This document shows positions 48,252-58,453 of a stretch of DNA of 64,000 nucleotides, in pieces (the stretch's first letter is position 1; each line of letters starts with the position of its first letter). The notes below the pieces were generated by a model that made no database searches, was not told where the DNA came from, and was given only the letters and a program-made list of their open reading frames with translations. Source of the stretch: an uncultured Acidobacteriota bacterium (GTDB taxonomy: Bacteria > Acidobacteriota > Vicinamibacteria > Vicinamibacterales > Fen-181); contig CAVQXT010000003.1 of assembly GCA_963717945.1 (NCBI GenBank), positions 1,342,622 to 1,406,621 on the forward strand. The letters run 5' to 3'. The position numbers and the translations under genes were made by a program.

Positions 48252-48289
48252 GCGTAAGGCGTGAGGCGCAAGGCGTAAGGCGTAAGGAG
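48252..48289. repeat. Heptamer tandem repeat (GCGTRAG x5) running into the ybjQ ribosome-binding site
   Basis: The sequence reads gcgtaag gcgtgag gcgcaag gcgtaag gcgtaag gag. The final taaggag serves as the SD 7 nt before ATG 48296. Confidence 0.85.
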
Positions 48290-48295
48290 ACTGAG

Positions 48296-48640
48296 ATGAG
48301 CACGATGGTGGACCCGCATTTCGTGACCACCGGCACCGAGCTGACCGGCTACCGCGTGGTGCGCAACCTCGGGATCGTCCGCGGCATCGTCGTGAGATCG
48401 AGGAGCGTGGTGGGGACCTTCGGCGCGTCGCTGCAGACGCTGCTCGGCGGCAACATCACGATCTTCTCGTCCCTGTGCGAGAGGACGAGGCAGGAGGCGT
48501 TCGACCTCCTGCTGGAGCACGCCGGCGAGCGCGGCGCGAACGCCATCCTGGCGATGCGCTACGACGCCAACGACGTGATGAGCGGCGTCACCGAGGTGCT
48601 CGCCTACGGCACGGCCGTCTACGTGGAGCCGATGTCCTGA
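48296..48640 (+). CDS. ybjQ: YbjQ-family (UPF0145) protein
   Basis: The 114-aa ORF reads TTGTELTGYRVVRNLGIVRGIVVRSRSV.....G.L......GG and ANAILAMRYD. Confidence 0.85.
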   Translation: MSTMVDPHFVTTGTELTGYRVVRNLGIVRGIVVRSRSVVGTFGASLQTLLGGNITIFSSLCERTRQEAFDLLLEHAGERGANAILAMRYDANDVMSGVTEVLAYGTAVYVEPMS

Positions 48641-48666
48641 CGCCGGCCAGGAGGCCGGCGCCACAC
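48640..48666. repeat. REP family E half-unit (GCCGGCC-AGGA-GGCCGGC + GCCACAC)
   Basis: This is the same hairpin plus CCACA tail as in the 63-bp repeat and at 49441-49465. Confidence 0.7.
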
Positions 48667-48774
48667 ATCGTGCCGCTCCCGTCCGCCTTCGCCCTATCGG
48701 GGTTCCCGGCGGTCGGCCAGCTCGCGTGAAACGCGTCAGACGGTGTGAAGCCCGGAGCCCGGAGCCTGAAGCCC

Positions 48775-49416
48775 ATGGTGTGCAGAGATCTGACCCATCC
48801 CATCAGCCCGCGGATGCCGGTGTACCCCGGCACCGAGCCGCCGACTATCCAGACGGCGAACACGGTCGAGCGCGACGGCTTCGCGGAGATGACGATCCAC
48901 ATGGGGTCGCACACCGGCACACACGTCGACGCGCCCGCGCACATGGTCGCCGGCGCGCCGACACTGGACCGGATGGGCGTTGACCGCTTCGTGGGCCGGG
49001 CGTGCGTCGTCGACGTGTCCGGGGCCGCCGGCGGCGAGATTGGCGCCGCGGACCTCGAGCGCCACGCCGGGCTGGTCGAGGGCTGCGATTTCGTGCTCCT
49101 CCATACCGGCTGGTCGCGCTACTGGGGCGAGGACCGGTACTACTCGGGGTTTCCCGTCCTCTCCGGCGCCGCGACGCGGTGGCTGATCGGTCGGGGCCTG
49201 AAGGGAATCGGGCTCGACGCGATCTCGATCGATCCGGTCGGGGCGACCCGATTCGCCAATCACCTGGAGTGCTTCGAGGCTGGCCTGATCTCGGTCGAGA
49301 ACCTGACGGGCCTCGGCGCGCTCGTGGGTCGCCGCTTCACCCTCTCGTGCCTCCCGCTGGCGCTTCAGGACGCCGACGGGTCCCCGGTTCGCGCCGTCGC
49401 CCTGCTCGACGAGTAG
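48775..49416 (+). CDS. Cyclase-family protein (kynurenine formamidase-like)
   Basis: The sequence reads DLTHPISPRMPVYPG......MGSHTGTHVDAPAH. Confidence 0.8.
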   Translation: MVCRDLTHPISPRMPVYPGTEPPTIQTANTVERDGFAEMTIHMGSHTGTHVDAPAHMVAGAPTLDRMGVDRFVGRACVVDVSGAAGGEIGAADLERHAGLVEGCDFVLLHTGWSRYWGEDRYYSGFPVLSGAATRWLIGRGLKGIGLDAISIDPVGATRFANHLECFEAGLISVENLTGLGALVGRRFTLSCLPLALQDADGSPVRAVALLDE

Positions 49417-49417
49417 G

Positions 49418-49512
49418 GCAGGGCTTCGGGCCTGCCGAACCGCCGGCCAAGAGGCCGGCGCCACATTGCCGGGTCCTGTGGCGCGAGCCTCCTGGCTCGC
49501 GGGAGGGCCGGC
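49418..49512. repeat. Composite REP: family A-like hairpin plus a full family E unit (circular permutation of the 63-bp repeat)
   Basis: The sequence reads GGCAGGGC-TTCG-GGCCTGCC, then GCCGGCC-AAGA-GGCCGGC GCCACA ... GAGCC-TCCT-GGCTC GCGGGAGGGCCGGC. Confidence 0.75.
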
Positions 49513-52104
49513 TTACCACGCGATGTCCAGCTCGAGCCGGATGGCCCGCGGCGCGAGGATCCGCGTCACGTGATTGGCCGACGGCGTGTTCTGCACGCGG
49601 TTGCGCGCCAGCACCGTGTTCGCGTTCAGCAGGTTGGACACGTCCACCGCGGGGACGATCTCCACCCGCCCGGCGGCGAAGCGGCGCTCCAGCCGGACGT
49701 CCACCCGCGCCACCGCCGGGTACCGCTCGGACCCGAACGTCTTGAGATCGACAACGGTTGACCCGAGCGCCCCGCGGTTCGGCGTCGTGACGCCGCGCTC
49801 GTAAGGGGCTCCGTCCCTCGCGGTGGCCAGCCCTGACACGACGACGCCCCACGGCAGGCGGGCGGTGCCGGCGGCCTCGAGCCTCCAGCGCGAGCCGACC
49901 GCGGGATCCTCGGCGCCGCTCGTGACGGCGATGTTCGTCGGATCGGTGTAGTCGAACGTCGGCCGGGGGAAGTGCCACGCGGAGGTCTCCCACCGGGCCG
50001 ACGCGTCCAGCATCCAGCCGCGCGCCATCCGCTTGTGGAGCACCACGTCCACCGCGTGTCGCCAGCCGTACTCCCCGTCGTTGCGCAGGACCGTGCCGGG
50101 CGGAAGCGCCGCGAGCCGCTCGTAGTAGGTGACGGCGGGACACTGCGCCCCCGCCGCGCAGCTGGTCGGCGTCCAGACGACGGGCGCGAACGTGTCGGAC
50201 GGGACCAACGATCCGCCGGCATCGAGGGGAAACGTGCGCTGGACGCGGTGCGTCTGTCTCCCGACGTATCCGACGCGCAGCGTGAGCTGGCGCGCCAGCT
50301 TCCGTTCGACCCGCAGCGACCATTCGTCCACGACCGTGTTCCTCAGTCCGGGATCGACCGTCGCCGGCGTCCGGACCGATGCGGGATTGGCGGCGTCGTA
50401 GTTCGAGCTGGGCGTCGCGGCCAGCCCCCGCGAGAAGTCGAGCTCGTCCCGCTCGACCAGCCCGTCGCCATCCGCATCGTCCCACCAGTAGACGAGCCGC
50501 GTCTGGCCCGTGGGCTGGAGCGGCGCCGAGGAGCGGTTGCCGCGGCCGACGTGGCGCGTGAACGCGGCGCCGACCACGGTCCGCCCGTCCCCGCCGACGT
50601 CCCAGCCGGCGTTCAGCCGCGGCGACACGTCGCGGTAGACGACGCCCGAGTCGGCGCCGGCGAAGCGAACCGCCGGCAACAAATCCGGGAGGATCGAGCT
50701 GGCCGGGATCGACGCGGCGCGCGCGAGGTCGTCCTGGAAATCGAATCGAAGACCCACGGCAAGCGTGATCGGGCCGCGCTCGTAGGTGTCCTGCACGAAC
50801 GCGGAGAACCGTCGCTGGCCGAGGTCGGTCACCCCGTCGCGCACGATGCGCGCCTGGTAAGGGACGGCCAATCCGCTGCGGCTGTCGAACACGGCCACCG
50901 CGCCGCCACCCGTCCGTTCGCGCCGGCGGTCGTCGGAGCCGCCGGCCCCGACGCCCGCCTCGATGTCGTGGCCGCCGCCAAGCCACCGGTCCCGTAGCGT
51001 GGCGCCGGTAATGACGACATCCCAGGCGAGGTGGCGATACTCACTCGCGGTCGCCGACCGGGACGTGACGAGCGTGTAGCGATCGTAGGCGCCCTGCACG
51101 TCGGCCAGGCCCGGACGCTGGAAACCGAGGTTGACGCTGGTGCGGCGAAGCGTGAACGTCGCGTCGGCCACCGTTCGGCCCGACACCGCCCACTGGTGCT
51201 GCGCGCGCAAGGGCTGCGCCCACGACAGGCCGGACTGGCGGGTCGTGGCTTCGGGGCGCGCGTAGGCCGAGGCGCCGCGATTCGGCTTGCGCCTGTCGGA
51301 CGCTCCCCACGCGAGAGTCGAGCGATGGGCCGGCGTCCACCGCCACTGCAGATCGACGCCGAACGCCGTCGTGGCCGTCACGTCCGGCTGCAGACAGTCG
51401 GCCCGTTCGGCCGCGCCGGTGAGCGGCGAGCCGTCGGGACCGAGACAGGCCGGCACGTAGAAGCCGATCACCCCGACGTCGTCGATGGCGCGACTGGCCG
51501 AGGCCCGGAGCCAGGCCCGGCCCTGGCGGATGGGGCCTCCCACATCCAACTGCGCATCCGCCATCCGGTGGAGCGGACTTCCGAACCCGCCACCCTCCGC
51601 CTTCAGGGCCGGGGACAGGTTGTCCCACTGCAGGCGCTGGTCCGTGAAACGCAGGTGGCCGGTGCCGGTGAACCGGTTGACGGCGCTTCGGACCGCCACC
51701 GCCTCGCCGTCGCGGACCGGCTCGGCGCCGAGGCTGGCGTCGACGTAGGTGCACACGCCGTCGGTCACCGGGACGTCGCGGCGCTCTTCGAAGGCGAGCG
51801 CGGCGAGCGCAAACGTCAGGGTGTAGGCGCCCGGCGGAAGATCGTCGAAGCGATACACCCCCTGGCCCGTCGTCGCCGCGGACCGCGACAACACCAGCGG
51901 CGGTCCGCTCAGCGTGACCGTGACGTCCGGCAGAGCGGCGTCGCCCGGACCGACGACCCGGCCGGCGATCGCTCCCCGTGACTGCTGCCGTGAGACCGGC
52001 GGCGCCGCGTCGGCATCCTCGCGCGCGGCGTCGGGCAAAGGGCCGCCGAACGCGGGGGCCGCCAGGAGTGACGCCGCCAGGGCGATCCGTGCGCGCCAGT
52101 CCAT
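49513..52104 (-). CDS. CarboxypepD_reg-domain TonB-dependent-receptor-like outer-membrane barrel
   Basis: The sequence from ATG 52104 has a signal peptide and GRVVGPGDAALPDVTVTLSG.....TTGQGVYRFDDLPPGAYTL. A long beta-barrel follows, ending in LELDIAW. Confidence 0.75.
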   Translation of the reverse strand: MDWRARIALAASLLAAPAFGGPLPDAAREDADAAPPVSRQQSRGAIAGRVVGPGDAALPDVTVTLSGPPLVLSRSAATTGQGVYRFDDLPPGAYTLTFALAALAFEERRDVPVTDGVCTYVDASLGAEPVRDGEAVAVRSAVNRFTGTGHLRFTDQRLQWDNLSPALKAEGGGFGSPLHRMADAQLDVGGPIRQGRAWLRASASRAIDDVGVIGFYVPACLGPDGSPLTGAAERADCLQPDVTATTAFGVDLQWRWTPAHRSTLAWGASDRRKPNRGASAYARPEATTRQSGLSWAQPLRAQHQWAVSGRTVADATFTLRRTSVNLGFQRPGLADVQGAYDRYTLVTSRSATASEYRHLAWDVVITGATLRDRWLGGGHDIEAGVGAGGSDDRRRERTGGGAVAVFDSRSGLAVPYQARIVRDGVTDLGQRRFSAFVQDTYERGPITLAVGLRFDFQDDLARAASIPASSILPDLLPAVRFAGADSGVVYRDVSPRLNAGWDVGGDGRTVVGAAFTRHVGRGNRSSAPLQPTGQTRLVYWWDDADGDGLVERDELDFSRGLAATPSSNYDAANPASVRTPATVDPGLRNTVVDEWSLRVERKLARQLTLRVGYVGRQTHRVQRTFPLDAGGSLVPSDTFAPVVWTPTSCAAGAQCPAVTYYERLAALPPGTVLRNDGEYGWRHAVDVVLHKRMARGWMLDASARWETSAWHFPRPTFDYTDPTNIAVTSGAEDPAVGSRWRLEAAGTARLPWGVVVSGLATARDGAPYERGVTTPNRGALGSTVVDLKTFGSERYPAVARVDVRLERRFAAGRVEIVPAVDVSNLLNANTVLARNRVQNTPSANHVTRILAPRAIRLELDIAW

Positions 52105-52236
52105 GAGATCGGGCTGCCGTCGTGGCACAGCCGAGCTCAGTATCGGCAGCCGATCGCACCGGTTCAAGCGGATTCCCGCCCGGTTTGCACACAACCTGCC
52201 ACGCCCATCACGCTCCGGCTCGCGCCTCACGCTGCT

Positions 52237-52311
52237 GCGCAGGGCTGAAGCCCTGCGCTATCGGTGGTTCTCCGCCCGATCTTCAGATAGCGCAGGCCTT
52301 CAGGCCTGCGC
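52237..52311. repeat. BIME-like composite, reverse-orientation copy of 48173-48247
   Basis: The sequence is GCGCAGGGC-TGAA-GCCCTGCGC-TATC ggtggttctccgcccgatcttca GATA-GCGCAGGCC-TTCA-GGCCTGCGC. The reverse complement of the spacer matches the 48199-48221 spacer at 20/23 positions. Confidence 0.9.
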
Positions 52312-52430
52312 CCACCGCTCCGATCGGCGTGATAGGCGTGACTCCGCCACAAGCCGCGAGCCGCGAGCCTTGACCTCAGACGTTGTATGCTTTCGGGATT
52401 CACCCGGCGCTCCGGGTGGCGGAGGAGACG

Positions 52431-53867
52431 ATGTCGTCGACGCGTCGAGTGCAGCTGTGCCGGTGGGTCACCTTCGGTCTCGTCGTCGTGGGTTCGATGG
52501 CGGCGGCCATGTCGCGGCCGGCCGCGCGGCAGGCCGCGCCGGGGAACGGGCTCGCCAGGGAGCGCGCGCTGGCCGCCACGATCTCCGAGACCCGGATGGT
52601 CGAGACCGTGAGGCGGCTGGTCGGGTTCGGGCCGCGCATGTACGGCACGCCTTCCAACCACGAGTCGGCGGCCTGGCTGGCCCGGGCATTCCGCGAGGCC
52701 GGCCTCGACGTGACGATTCGGAAGGACGCCGCGCGCGACTGGTATCAACCGGTGAAATGGACGGTCCGCGTGACGCCGGTCGATGCCGGCGGCCCGGCCG
52801 TGACACTTTCGACGGCGTGGCCCGCGATCGGCGCCCCCGCGGCGGTTGGGGAGGGCGATCTCGCCGTCACCGCAGCGAGCGGCGCGGTGTGCCTCACCTC
52901 GAAGAACCCCACGCCCGAGGCGACGGCCGGGTGCGTGGCGGTGCTCTTCGACGGCCGGGCCACGCCCTCCGGATGGCCCGGCATCAGCCGCGCGCGCGGG
53001 GCCTGGACGATCCCGGTGTTCGGCCTGTCGCCTCGAGAGGCGACGCCGCTCCGCGAGAAGCTGACCGCCGGCGCCAGGCTCCGCGTGTCGTTCGCGCTCG
53101 AGGCCCTCCGCGGCCACGACCCGGCCGACACCGTCATCGCCACGCTTCCCGGCAAGGACAGGTCCCGATACATCCTCTTCTGCGCCCACGCCGACTCCGA
53201 CTCGGGCGGCCCTGGCGCCGACGACAACGCGTCGGGCGTGGCCACGGTCCTCGAAATCGCGCGCGCCGCGGCCGACGCCGTGAAGAAGGGGCTGATGCCG
53301 CGCCCGGCGTGGGATCTGCGCTTCGCGGCCTGGGGCGGTGAGATGGCGTCGACGCGCGAATACCTGGCGTCGGTCGCCACGGACCCCTCGCACCTCGAGG
53401 CCGTCATCAACTTCGACCAGGCGGGATTCAGCGCGTCCAAGGACGCGCTCTATGTCGAGCCGGACGACATGCCCGTCAACTCGGCGCTCGTCGGCATCGT
53501 CCGCGCCGTGATGAAGGACCATCTCGGTTCGAGAGGCTTTCCGGCCCGCGCCGCCTCGGTCAAGTCACAGGGCGGCACCGACTCGTACGTCTTCCAGAAT
53601 ACGCGTGTGAAGGACGCCACGCTCTATCCCGCGGTCACCCTCTACACGTCCGCGTGGGACGAGGACCAGGCGGTGCCGATCACGCCGGGGTATCCGCCGC
53701 TCAACTGGTTCCCCGGGGAGAAGCCCGGGATGATCACCGTCAGCGGCGACCCCTTCTATCATTCCGCCGGCGACACGCCCGGCCATACGACCGACACCAA
53801 GCCATTCGACATGGGCTGGTGCGCGCGCGTGGCCCTGCTCAGCGCTCGCCGGTTGATGGGGCAGTGA
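52431..53867 (+). CDS. M28-family aminopeptidase/peptidase, secreted
   Basis: A GGAGGAG SD precedes ATG 52431. The sequences FCAHADSDSGGPGADDNASGVATVLEIAR, AAWGGEM and DQAG are present. Confidence 0.82.
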   Translation: MSSTRRVQLCRWVTFGLVVVGSMAAAMSRPAARQAAPGNGLARERALAATISETRMVETVRRLVGFGPRMYGTPSNHESAAWLARAFREAGLDVTIRKDAARDWYQPVKWTVRVTPVDAGGPAVTLSTAWPAIGAPAAVGEGDLAVTAASGAVCLTSKNPTPEATAGCVAVLFDGRATPSGWPGISRARGAWTIPVFGLSPREATPLREKLTAGARLRVSFALEALRGHDPADTVIATLPGKDRSRYILFCAHADSDSGGPGADDNASGVATVLEIARAAADAVKKGLMPRPAWDLRFAAWGGEMASTREYLASVATDPSHLEAVINFDQAGFSASKDALYVEPDDMPVNSALVGIVRAVMKDHLGSRGFPARAASVKSQGGTDSYVFQNTRVKDATLYPAVTLYTSAWDEDQAVPITPGYPPLNWFPGEKPGMITVSGDPFYHSAGDTPGHTTDTKPFDMGWCARVALLSARRLMGQ

Positions 53868-53985
53868 CGGCCCGTGCGCGGGCCTCCGGCCGGCGCCGGG
53901 CGTTGACTGGTCGGCGGCACTTCCCGGCCAGGCGTGAAGAGAACAGGTGAACGATTGAACTGGTAGGTTTCGAGCGGAGGGAGGT

Positions 53986-54009
53986 GGCGGGAGGCGTGAG
54001 CCTCCCGCC
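53986..54009. terminator. GC-rich hairpin, possible bidirectional terminator (no U-tract)
   Basis: GGCGGGAGGC-GTGA-GCCTCCCGCC has a perfect 10-bp stem and lies between convergent genes. Confidence 0.4.
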
Positions 54010-54014
54010 CTCGG

Positions 54015-54188
54015 CTAACGCGACTTGGTCACTTTTGCGGTCCGCCGGCAATCGGGGCACAGCATCGGCACGATGTCACGAACGACCGGGTGCGTGTCCT
54101 CGAGCGACTTCCAGCCCGACAGGATGAGCCGGTCGATCTCCTCGTGAACGACGAAGATCCCGCACTGAGCGCAACGACCTTTGACCAT
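54015..54188 (-). CDS. Small zinc-ribbon protein (57 aa)
   Basis: The sequence is MVKGRCAQCGIFVV...MLCPDCRR, with a CxxC...CxxC pair. Confidence 0.45.
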   Translation of the reverse strand: MVKGRCAQCGIFVVHEEIDRLILSGWKSLEDTHPVVRDIVPMLCPDCRRTAKVTKSR

Positions 54189-54363
54189 AGGCGCCTGCTT
54201 TCTCAATAATGGGCCCGGACACGGGCACCTTCTGTGTACTAGGACGCCACGAGGGGCGCGACGGTTTCACGATCCGGCTGGCAACGTTCCGAATGGGCGC
54301 GAATTTCGGAATTGTAACTCAAAACGGTCCGGTTTAAAAGCCTGCCGTTGCTGGAGGCCTCGA

Positions 54364-54798
54364 ATGGATGAGTATCCCGGAGCCCCGGTGGCCGTCACTC
54401 ACCGGTTCCAGGAGCCGCCCGAGCGCGTCTTCGACGCGTGGCTCGACCCGACCGTGGCGAGGCGCTGGCTGTTCGCCACGCCCGCGGGCCTCATCGTCGA
54501 GTGCGGGATCGAGCCCCGCGTTGGCGGCCGTTTCACGATCGTCGACCGGCGGGACGGGGAGGACGTGGCGCACACCGGCGAGTACGTCGAGATTGCCCGG
54601 CCGAACCGGCTCGTCTTTACCTTCGCCGTCCCCAAGTACTCGAGCGCGGTCTCGCGGGTCAGCGTCGGAATCTCTCCCGCCGCCGGCGGATGCCTGCTGA
54701 CTCTCGCCAACGACGGCGTGCCGCCCGAGTACGTGGACGCGTCGCGGAAGGGGTGGGCCGACCTGATGGTCCGCCTGGAGACGGCGCTCGCGGTCTGA
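54364..54798 (+). CDS. SRPBCC / AHSA1-like (START-fold) protein
   Basis: The sequence reads F.EPPERVFDAWLDP....RWLF......V.C.IEPRVGGRF.I........H.GEYVEI.RP.RLVFTF. Confidence 0.72.
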   Translation: MDEYPGAPVAVTHRFQEPPERVFDAWLDPTVARRWLFATPAGLIVECGIEPRVGGRFTIVDRRDGEDVAHTGEYVEIARPNRLVFTFAVPKYSSAVSRVSVGISPAAGGCLLTLANDGVPPEYVDASRKGWADLMVRLETALAV

Positions 54799-54879
54799 CC
54801 GGCACGGGGGGGCGGCCGCCGCTGCGTCCCGACGAAACCGCCGGCAGCGCGCCCCCGACGTGATCCTTCGTTGCTGGTC

Positions 54880-55176
54880 TCAACCGACGACCGAGAAGAT
54901 GTCCCGTCGGCCGGAATCGACCAACGCGGCGAACTTCTGGTAGGTCTCCTGCCAGCCCGGCAGCTTCATCACCGTACTGGCGTTCTTGTCAGCGTCCGCC
55001 AGGCTCTCGAATTCGAACTCGAGGACCAGCGTGTAGAACGGGCCTGTGACGTCGGTCATCAATCGTCCGGGCCTGCCGCCGGCGGCGGCCGCCCGGGCGA
55101 CGTTCTCCTTCATGAACACGACGGCTTCCTTCATCCGGCCGAACTTCACCTGGAACGTGTTTCTCACGACAACCAT
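54880..55176 (-). CDS. Dimeric alpha/beta-barrel (NIPSNAP-like) protein
   Basis: The 98-aa ORF from ATG 55176 reads VVVRNTFQVKFGRMKEAV....E......YTLVLEFEFESLAD, and its size fits the fold. Confidence 0.45.
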   Translation of the reverse strand: MVVVRNTFQVKFGRMKEAVVFMKENVARAAAAGGRPGRLMTDVTGPFYTLVLEFEFESLADADKNASTVMKLPGWQETYQKFAALVDSGRRDIFSVVG

Positions 55177-55457
55177 GGGGCCCTCCTCGAGCGAATTGCG
55201 GACGCCGGCGCGCACGAGACCGGCCTGCCATGCGCCGGTGTCCGGAGGAACGGTGTTGGTGCGGGAAACCCTGATCGGATGGTAGCACGGCCGTGCTGAT
55301 TGACGACCAGGTCGCCACGCGCGATCTCCGGAGCTTTCCCCGCATCCGCGGTCTTCGCGTCCTGCGCTGGTGACCGCCTCGACGGTTCCCGCTTGCGTCT
55401 CGCCGCGAATTCTGAAGAATGGGACCGACTCCAGCCGGTCCTCCAGAAAGGCCTGAC

Positions 55458-58322
55458 ATGAAACGACTCGCCAAGCTCCTCGTCCCCGCCCTCGTCGCGC
55501 TCAGCATCGGGCTCGCGGCCCAGACCAAGCCGCCCGCGACGTTTGCCGACTACGGAAAGTGGGAAACGCTCTCGCTGTGGGGCGGCCGCACGTTCTCCCC
55601 CGACGGGCGCTTTGCCGTCTACGCCATCAACCGTTCGAACAGGAACAACGACCTGGTTATCGCGACGCTCGCCGACGGGACCACCAAGGTCGTGCCGTTC
55701 GGCGTGCAGCCGGCTTTCTCGGCAGACTCGAAATGGGTGGCCTACGCCATCGGCCAGTCGGAGGCCGACCAGGAGAAGCTCCGGAGCGAGCAGAAGCCGG
55801 TCCAGAACAAGATGGGTCTCGTGAATCTCGCCACCGGCGAGACGACGACGGTCGACGCGATCGAGTCGTTCACGTTCAGTCCTGACGGCGCGTACCTCGC
55901 GATCCGGCCGTACGGGCCGGAGGGGGCAGGCGGCGGCGGGGGCTCGGCGTCGGGCGGCGGCGCGCGCGGCGGGGCTCGCGGCGGCGACGCGTCGGCTGGG
56001 GCCGAGGACAGGCCGGGAACGGCGCTCGTCGTCCGGGACCTGGCGAGCGGCCGTGAAACGGCCTTCGGCAACGTCTCCCAGTTCGCCTGGCAGGACACCG
56101 AGCGGGGGCACCTGCTGGCGGTGACGATCAGCGCCGCCGGCAAGACCGGCAACGGCCTGCAGTTGTTCGACCCGGCGACGGGCGTGCTGCGGGTGCTCGA
56201 CTCGTCGCCGTCGATCTACTCGGGCCTCTCGTGGCGCCACGATGCCGCGGACCTCGCCGTCTTCCGCGCGAAGACCGACGAGAAGAAGGACGGCCCCATC
56301 TACACGGTCCTGGCGTGGACCGGCCTCGGCGCTTCGGAACGCCAGCGGGTCTACGACCCCCTGGCAGACAAGACGTTCCCGGCCGGCATGAGAACCGTCT
56401 CCTTCCGCCGCCTGTCGTGGTCCGACGATGGGCGGATGCTGCTTCTGGGCGTCGCGAAGTGGGATGAGAAGCTGGAGCCGGCCTCTCGCGGCGGCCGCGG
56501 CGGGGCTGGCGCCGCGGCTGGCGCCGCGGGCGACCAGCCGTCCACCGTCGAGATCTGGAACGCCAAAGACATCATCGTGATGCCGAAGCAGAAGATCGAC
56601 GCGGCGTCGGACCGGCGCCGGAGCCTGCTCGCGGCGTGGAACCTGGACAGCGGCACGCTCGTCACGCTCGCCAAGGATCTCGCGAGCGAGCAGGTGACGC
56701 CGATCCGGAGGACGTCGGCCGGCTACGTCGCCGAGTGGTCGAAGTACGCGATGAACCGCACGATCGGCCGGCCGGCGGCGGACCTCTCGCTCGTCGATCT
56801 CGTGACGGGCGAACGCACGCCGCTCCGCGCGAACATCAACGACCGCTTCGTCCAGGCGGGACCCGCCGGCAAGTACCTGCTGTTCATCGAGGGCGACCAG
56901 TACTGGACGATCAACCTGGCGACGCGCGCGATCACGAACATCACCAGGGCCGTGCCGACCTCGTTCATCGACAAGGACTCCGACCAGACCAGCCCGCAGA
57001 AGCCGCCGTTCGGCGTCGCCGGGTGGACGAAGGACGACCGGGCGGTGCTGCTCAACGACAAGTACGACGTCTGGCTCGTGCCGAGCGACGGGTCCAGGGC
57101 CGAGCGGCTCACGAGCGGCGCCGCCGAGCAGGTTCGGCACCGCCTCGTCCGCCTGGATCCCGACGAAGAATCGGTCGATCTCGGCAAGCCCGTCTACCTG
57201 AGCCTGTTCGGCGAGTGGACGAAGAAGTCGGGCTACGCGCGCCGCGACCCGACCGGCACGGTGACGCGCCTGGTCTGGCTCGACCGGAGCGTGACGATGC
57301 TGTCGAAGGCGAAGGGCGCGGACGTGTACGGCTACCTGGCGCAGGACTACGACACCCCGGTGGACCTCTATGTCGGCGCGGCCGACCTGAAGAACCCGAA
57401 GCAGGTGACCCGGACCGACGCGTTCCAGTCCGACTACGCGTGGGGCCGCAGCGAGCTGCTCGACTACCGGACGCCGACCGGGCGCCGCCTGCAGGCCTCG
57501 CTGCACTACCCGGCCGGCTACGAGGCCGGCCGGAAGTACCCGATGATCGTCTACAACTACGAGCTGCTGTCCCAGAACGTCCACCGCTACGTGGCGCCGT
57601 CGGACCGCGAGTACTACAACATCAGCGTCTTCACCAGCCACGGCTACTTCGTCCTCCAGCCCGACATCGTCTTCACGCCGAGGAAGCCGGGGCCGTCGGT
57701 CATCGAGTGCGTGACGGCCGGCGTCAGCAAGGTGATCCAGATGGGCGTCGTCGATCCGAAGCGCATCGGCGTCGTCGGCCACTCGATGGGCGGCTACAAC
57801 ACGAGCATCCTGGCGACGCGCACGAGCGGGATCTTCGCCGCGGCGGTCGCCGGCGCCCCGATGACCGACCTGGTCAGCTACTACGGCGACCACCACTGGA
57901 GCTCGGGGATCGCCGAAACCGATCACATCGAGACGGGGCAGGAGCGGATGGTGGTGCCGGTCTACGAGGACCTCGCGGACTACATCGAGAGCTCGGCCGT
58001 ATTCAACGCGCACAACATGACCGTGCCGCTGCTGCTCGAGGTGGGGGACTCGGACGGCACGGTCGCGTGGCACCAGGGCATCGAGCTCTACAACGTCGCC
58101 CGGCGCGCGCGGAAGAACGTCGTGATGCTCGCCTACATGGGAGAGGATCACGGCCTGCGGCAGAAGGCGAACCAGTCGGACTACCAGCGCCGCATCCTCG
58201 CCTGGTTCGGCCACTATCTGAAGGGCGAGCCGGCCGAGCGCTGGATCACCGACGGCCAGTCGTTCCTCGATCGGGAGGCCGAGATCAAGCGCGAGGCGGC
58301 GAAGAAGGGCGCGGCGAAGTGA
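55458..58322 (+). CDS. S9-family serine peptidase (prolyl oligopeptidase/DPP-like) with an N-terminal beta-propeller
   Basis: A signal peptide is followed by FSPDG/WSDDG propeller repeats. The catalytic Ser is in GVVGHSMGGYN, the Asp in GDSDGTV and the His in GEDHGL. Confidence 0.88.
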   Translation: MKRLAKLLVPALVALSIGLAAQTKPPATFADYGKWETLSLWGGRTFSPDGRFAVYAINRSNRNNDLVIATLADGTTKVVPFGVQPAFSADSKWVAYAIGQSEADQEKLRSEQKPVQNKMGLVNLATGETTTVDAIESFTFSPDGAYLAIRPYGPEGAGGGGGSASGGGARGGARGGDASAGAEDRPGTALVVRDLASGRETAFGNVSQFAWQDTERGHLLAVTISAAGKTGNGLQLFDPATGVLRVLDSSPSIYSGLSWRHDAADLAVFRAKTDEKKDGPIYTVLAWTGLGASERQRVYDPLADKTFPAGMRTVSFRRLSWSDDGRMLLLGVAKWDEKLEPASRGGRGGAGAAAGAAGDQPSTVEIWNAKDIIVMPKQKIDAASDRRRSLLAAWNLDSGTLVTLAKDLASEQVTPIRRTSAGYVAEWSKYAMNRTIGRPAADLSLVDLVTGERTPLRANINDRFVQAGPAGKYLLFIEGDQYWTINLATRAITNITRAVPTSFIDKDSDQTSPQKPPFGVAGWTKDDRAVLLNDKYDVWLVPSDGSRAERLTSGAAEQVRHRLVRLDPDEESVDLGKPVYLSLFGEWTKKSGYARRDPTGTVTRLVWLDRSVTMLSKAKGADVYGYLAQDYDTPVDLYVGAADLKNPKQVTRTDAFQSDYAWGRSELLDYRTPTGRRLQASLHYPAGYEAGRKYPMIVYNYELLSQNVHRYVAPSDREYYNISVFTSHGYFVLQPDIVFTPRKPGPSVIECVTAGVSKVIQMGVVDPKRIGVVGHSMGGYNTSILATRTSGIFAAAVAGAPMTDLVSYYGDHHWSSGIAETDHIETGQERMVVPVYEDLADYIESSAVFNAHNMTVPLLLEVGDSDGTVAWHQGIELYNVARRARKNVVMLAYMGEDHGLRQKANQSDYQRRILAWFGHYLKGEPAERWITDGQSFLDREAEIKREAAKKGAAK

Positions 58323-58453
58323 CGCGGGACTGACGTGCGTGTGGCACGCCGTGCTTCAGCCGGGACTTGAGGATCCGGCCTGCGGCGTGTCACACTCCCC
58401 CCTGGCGTGCGGGCCGGCCGGCGGCCCGGCGCCTTATCCCGAGGACCGCATCC

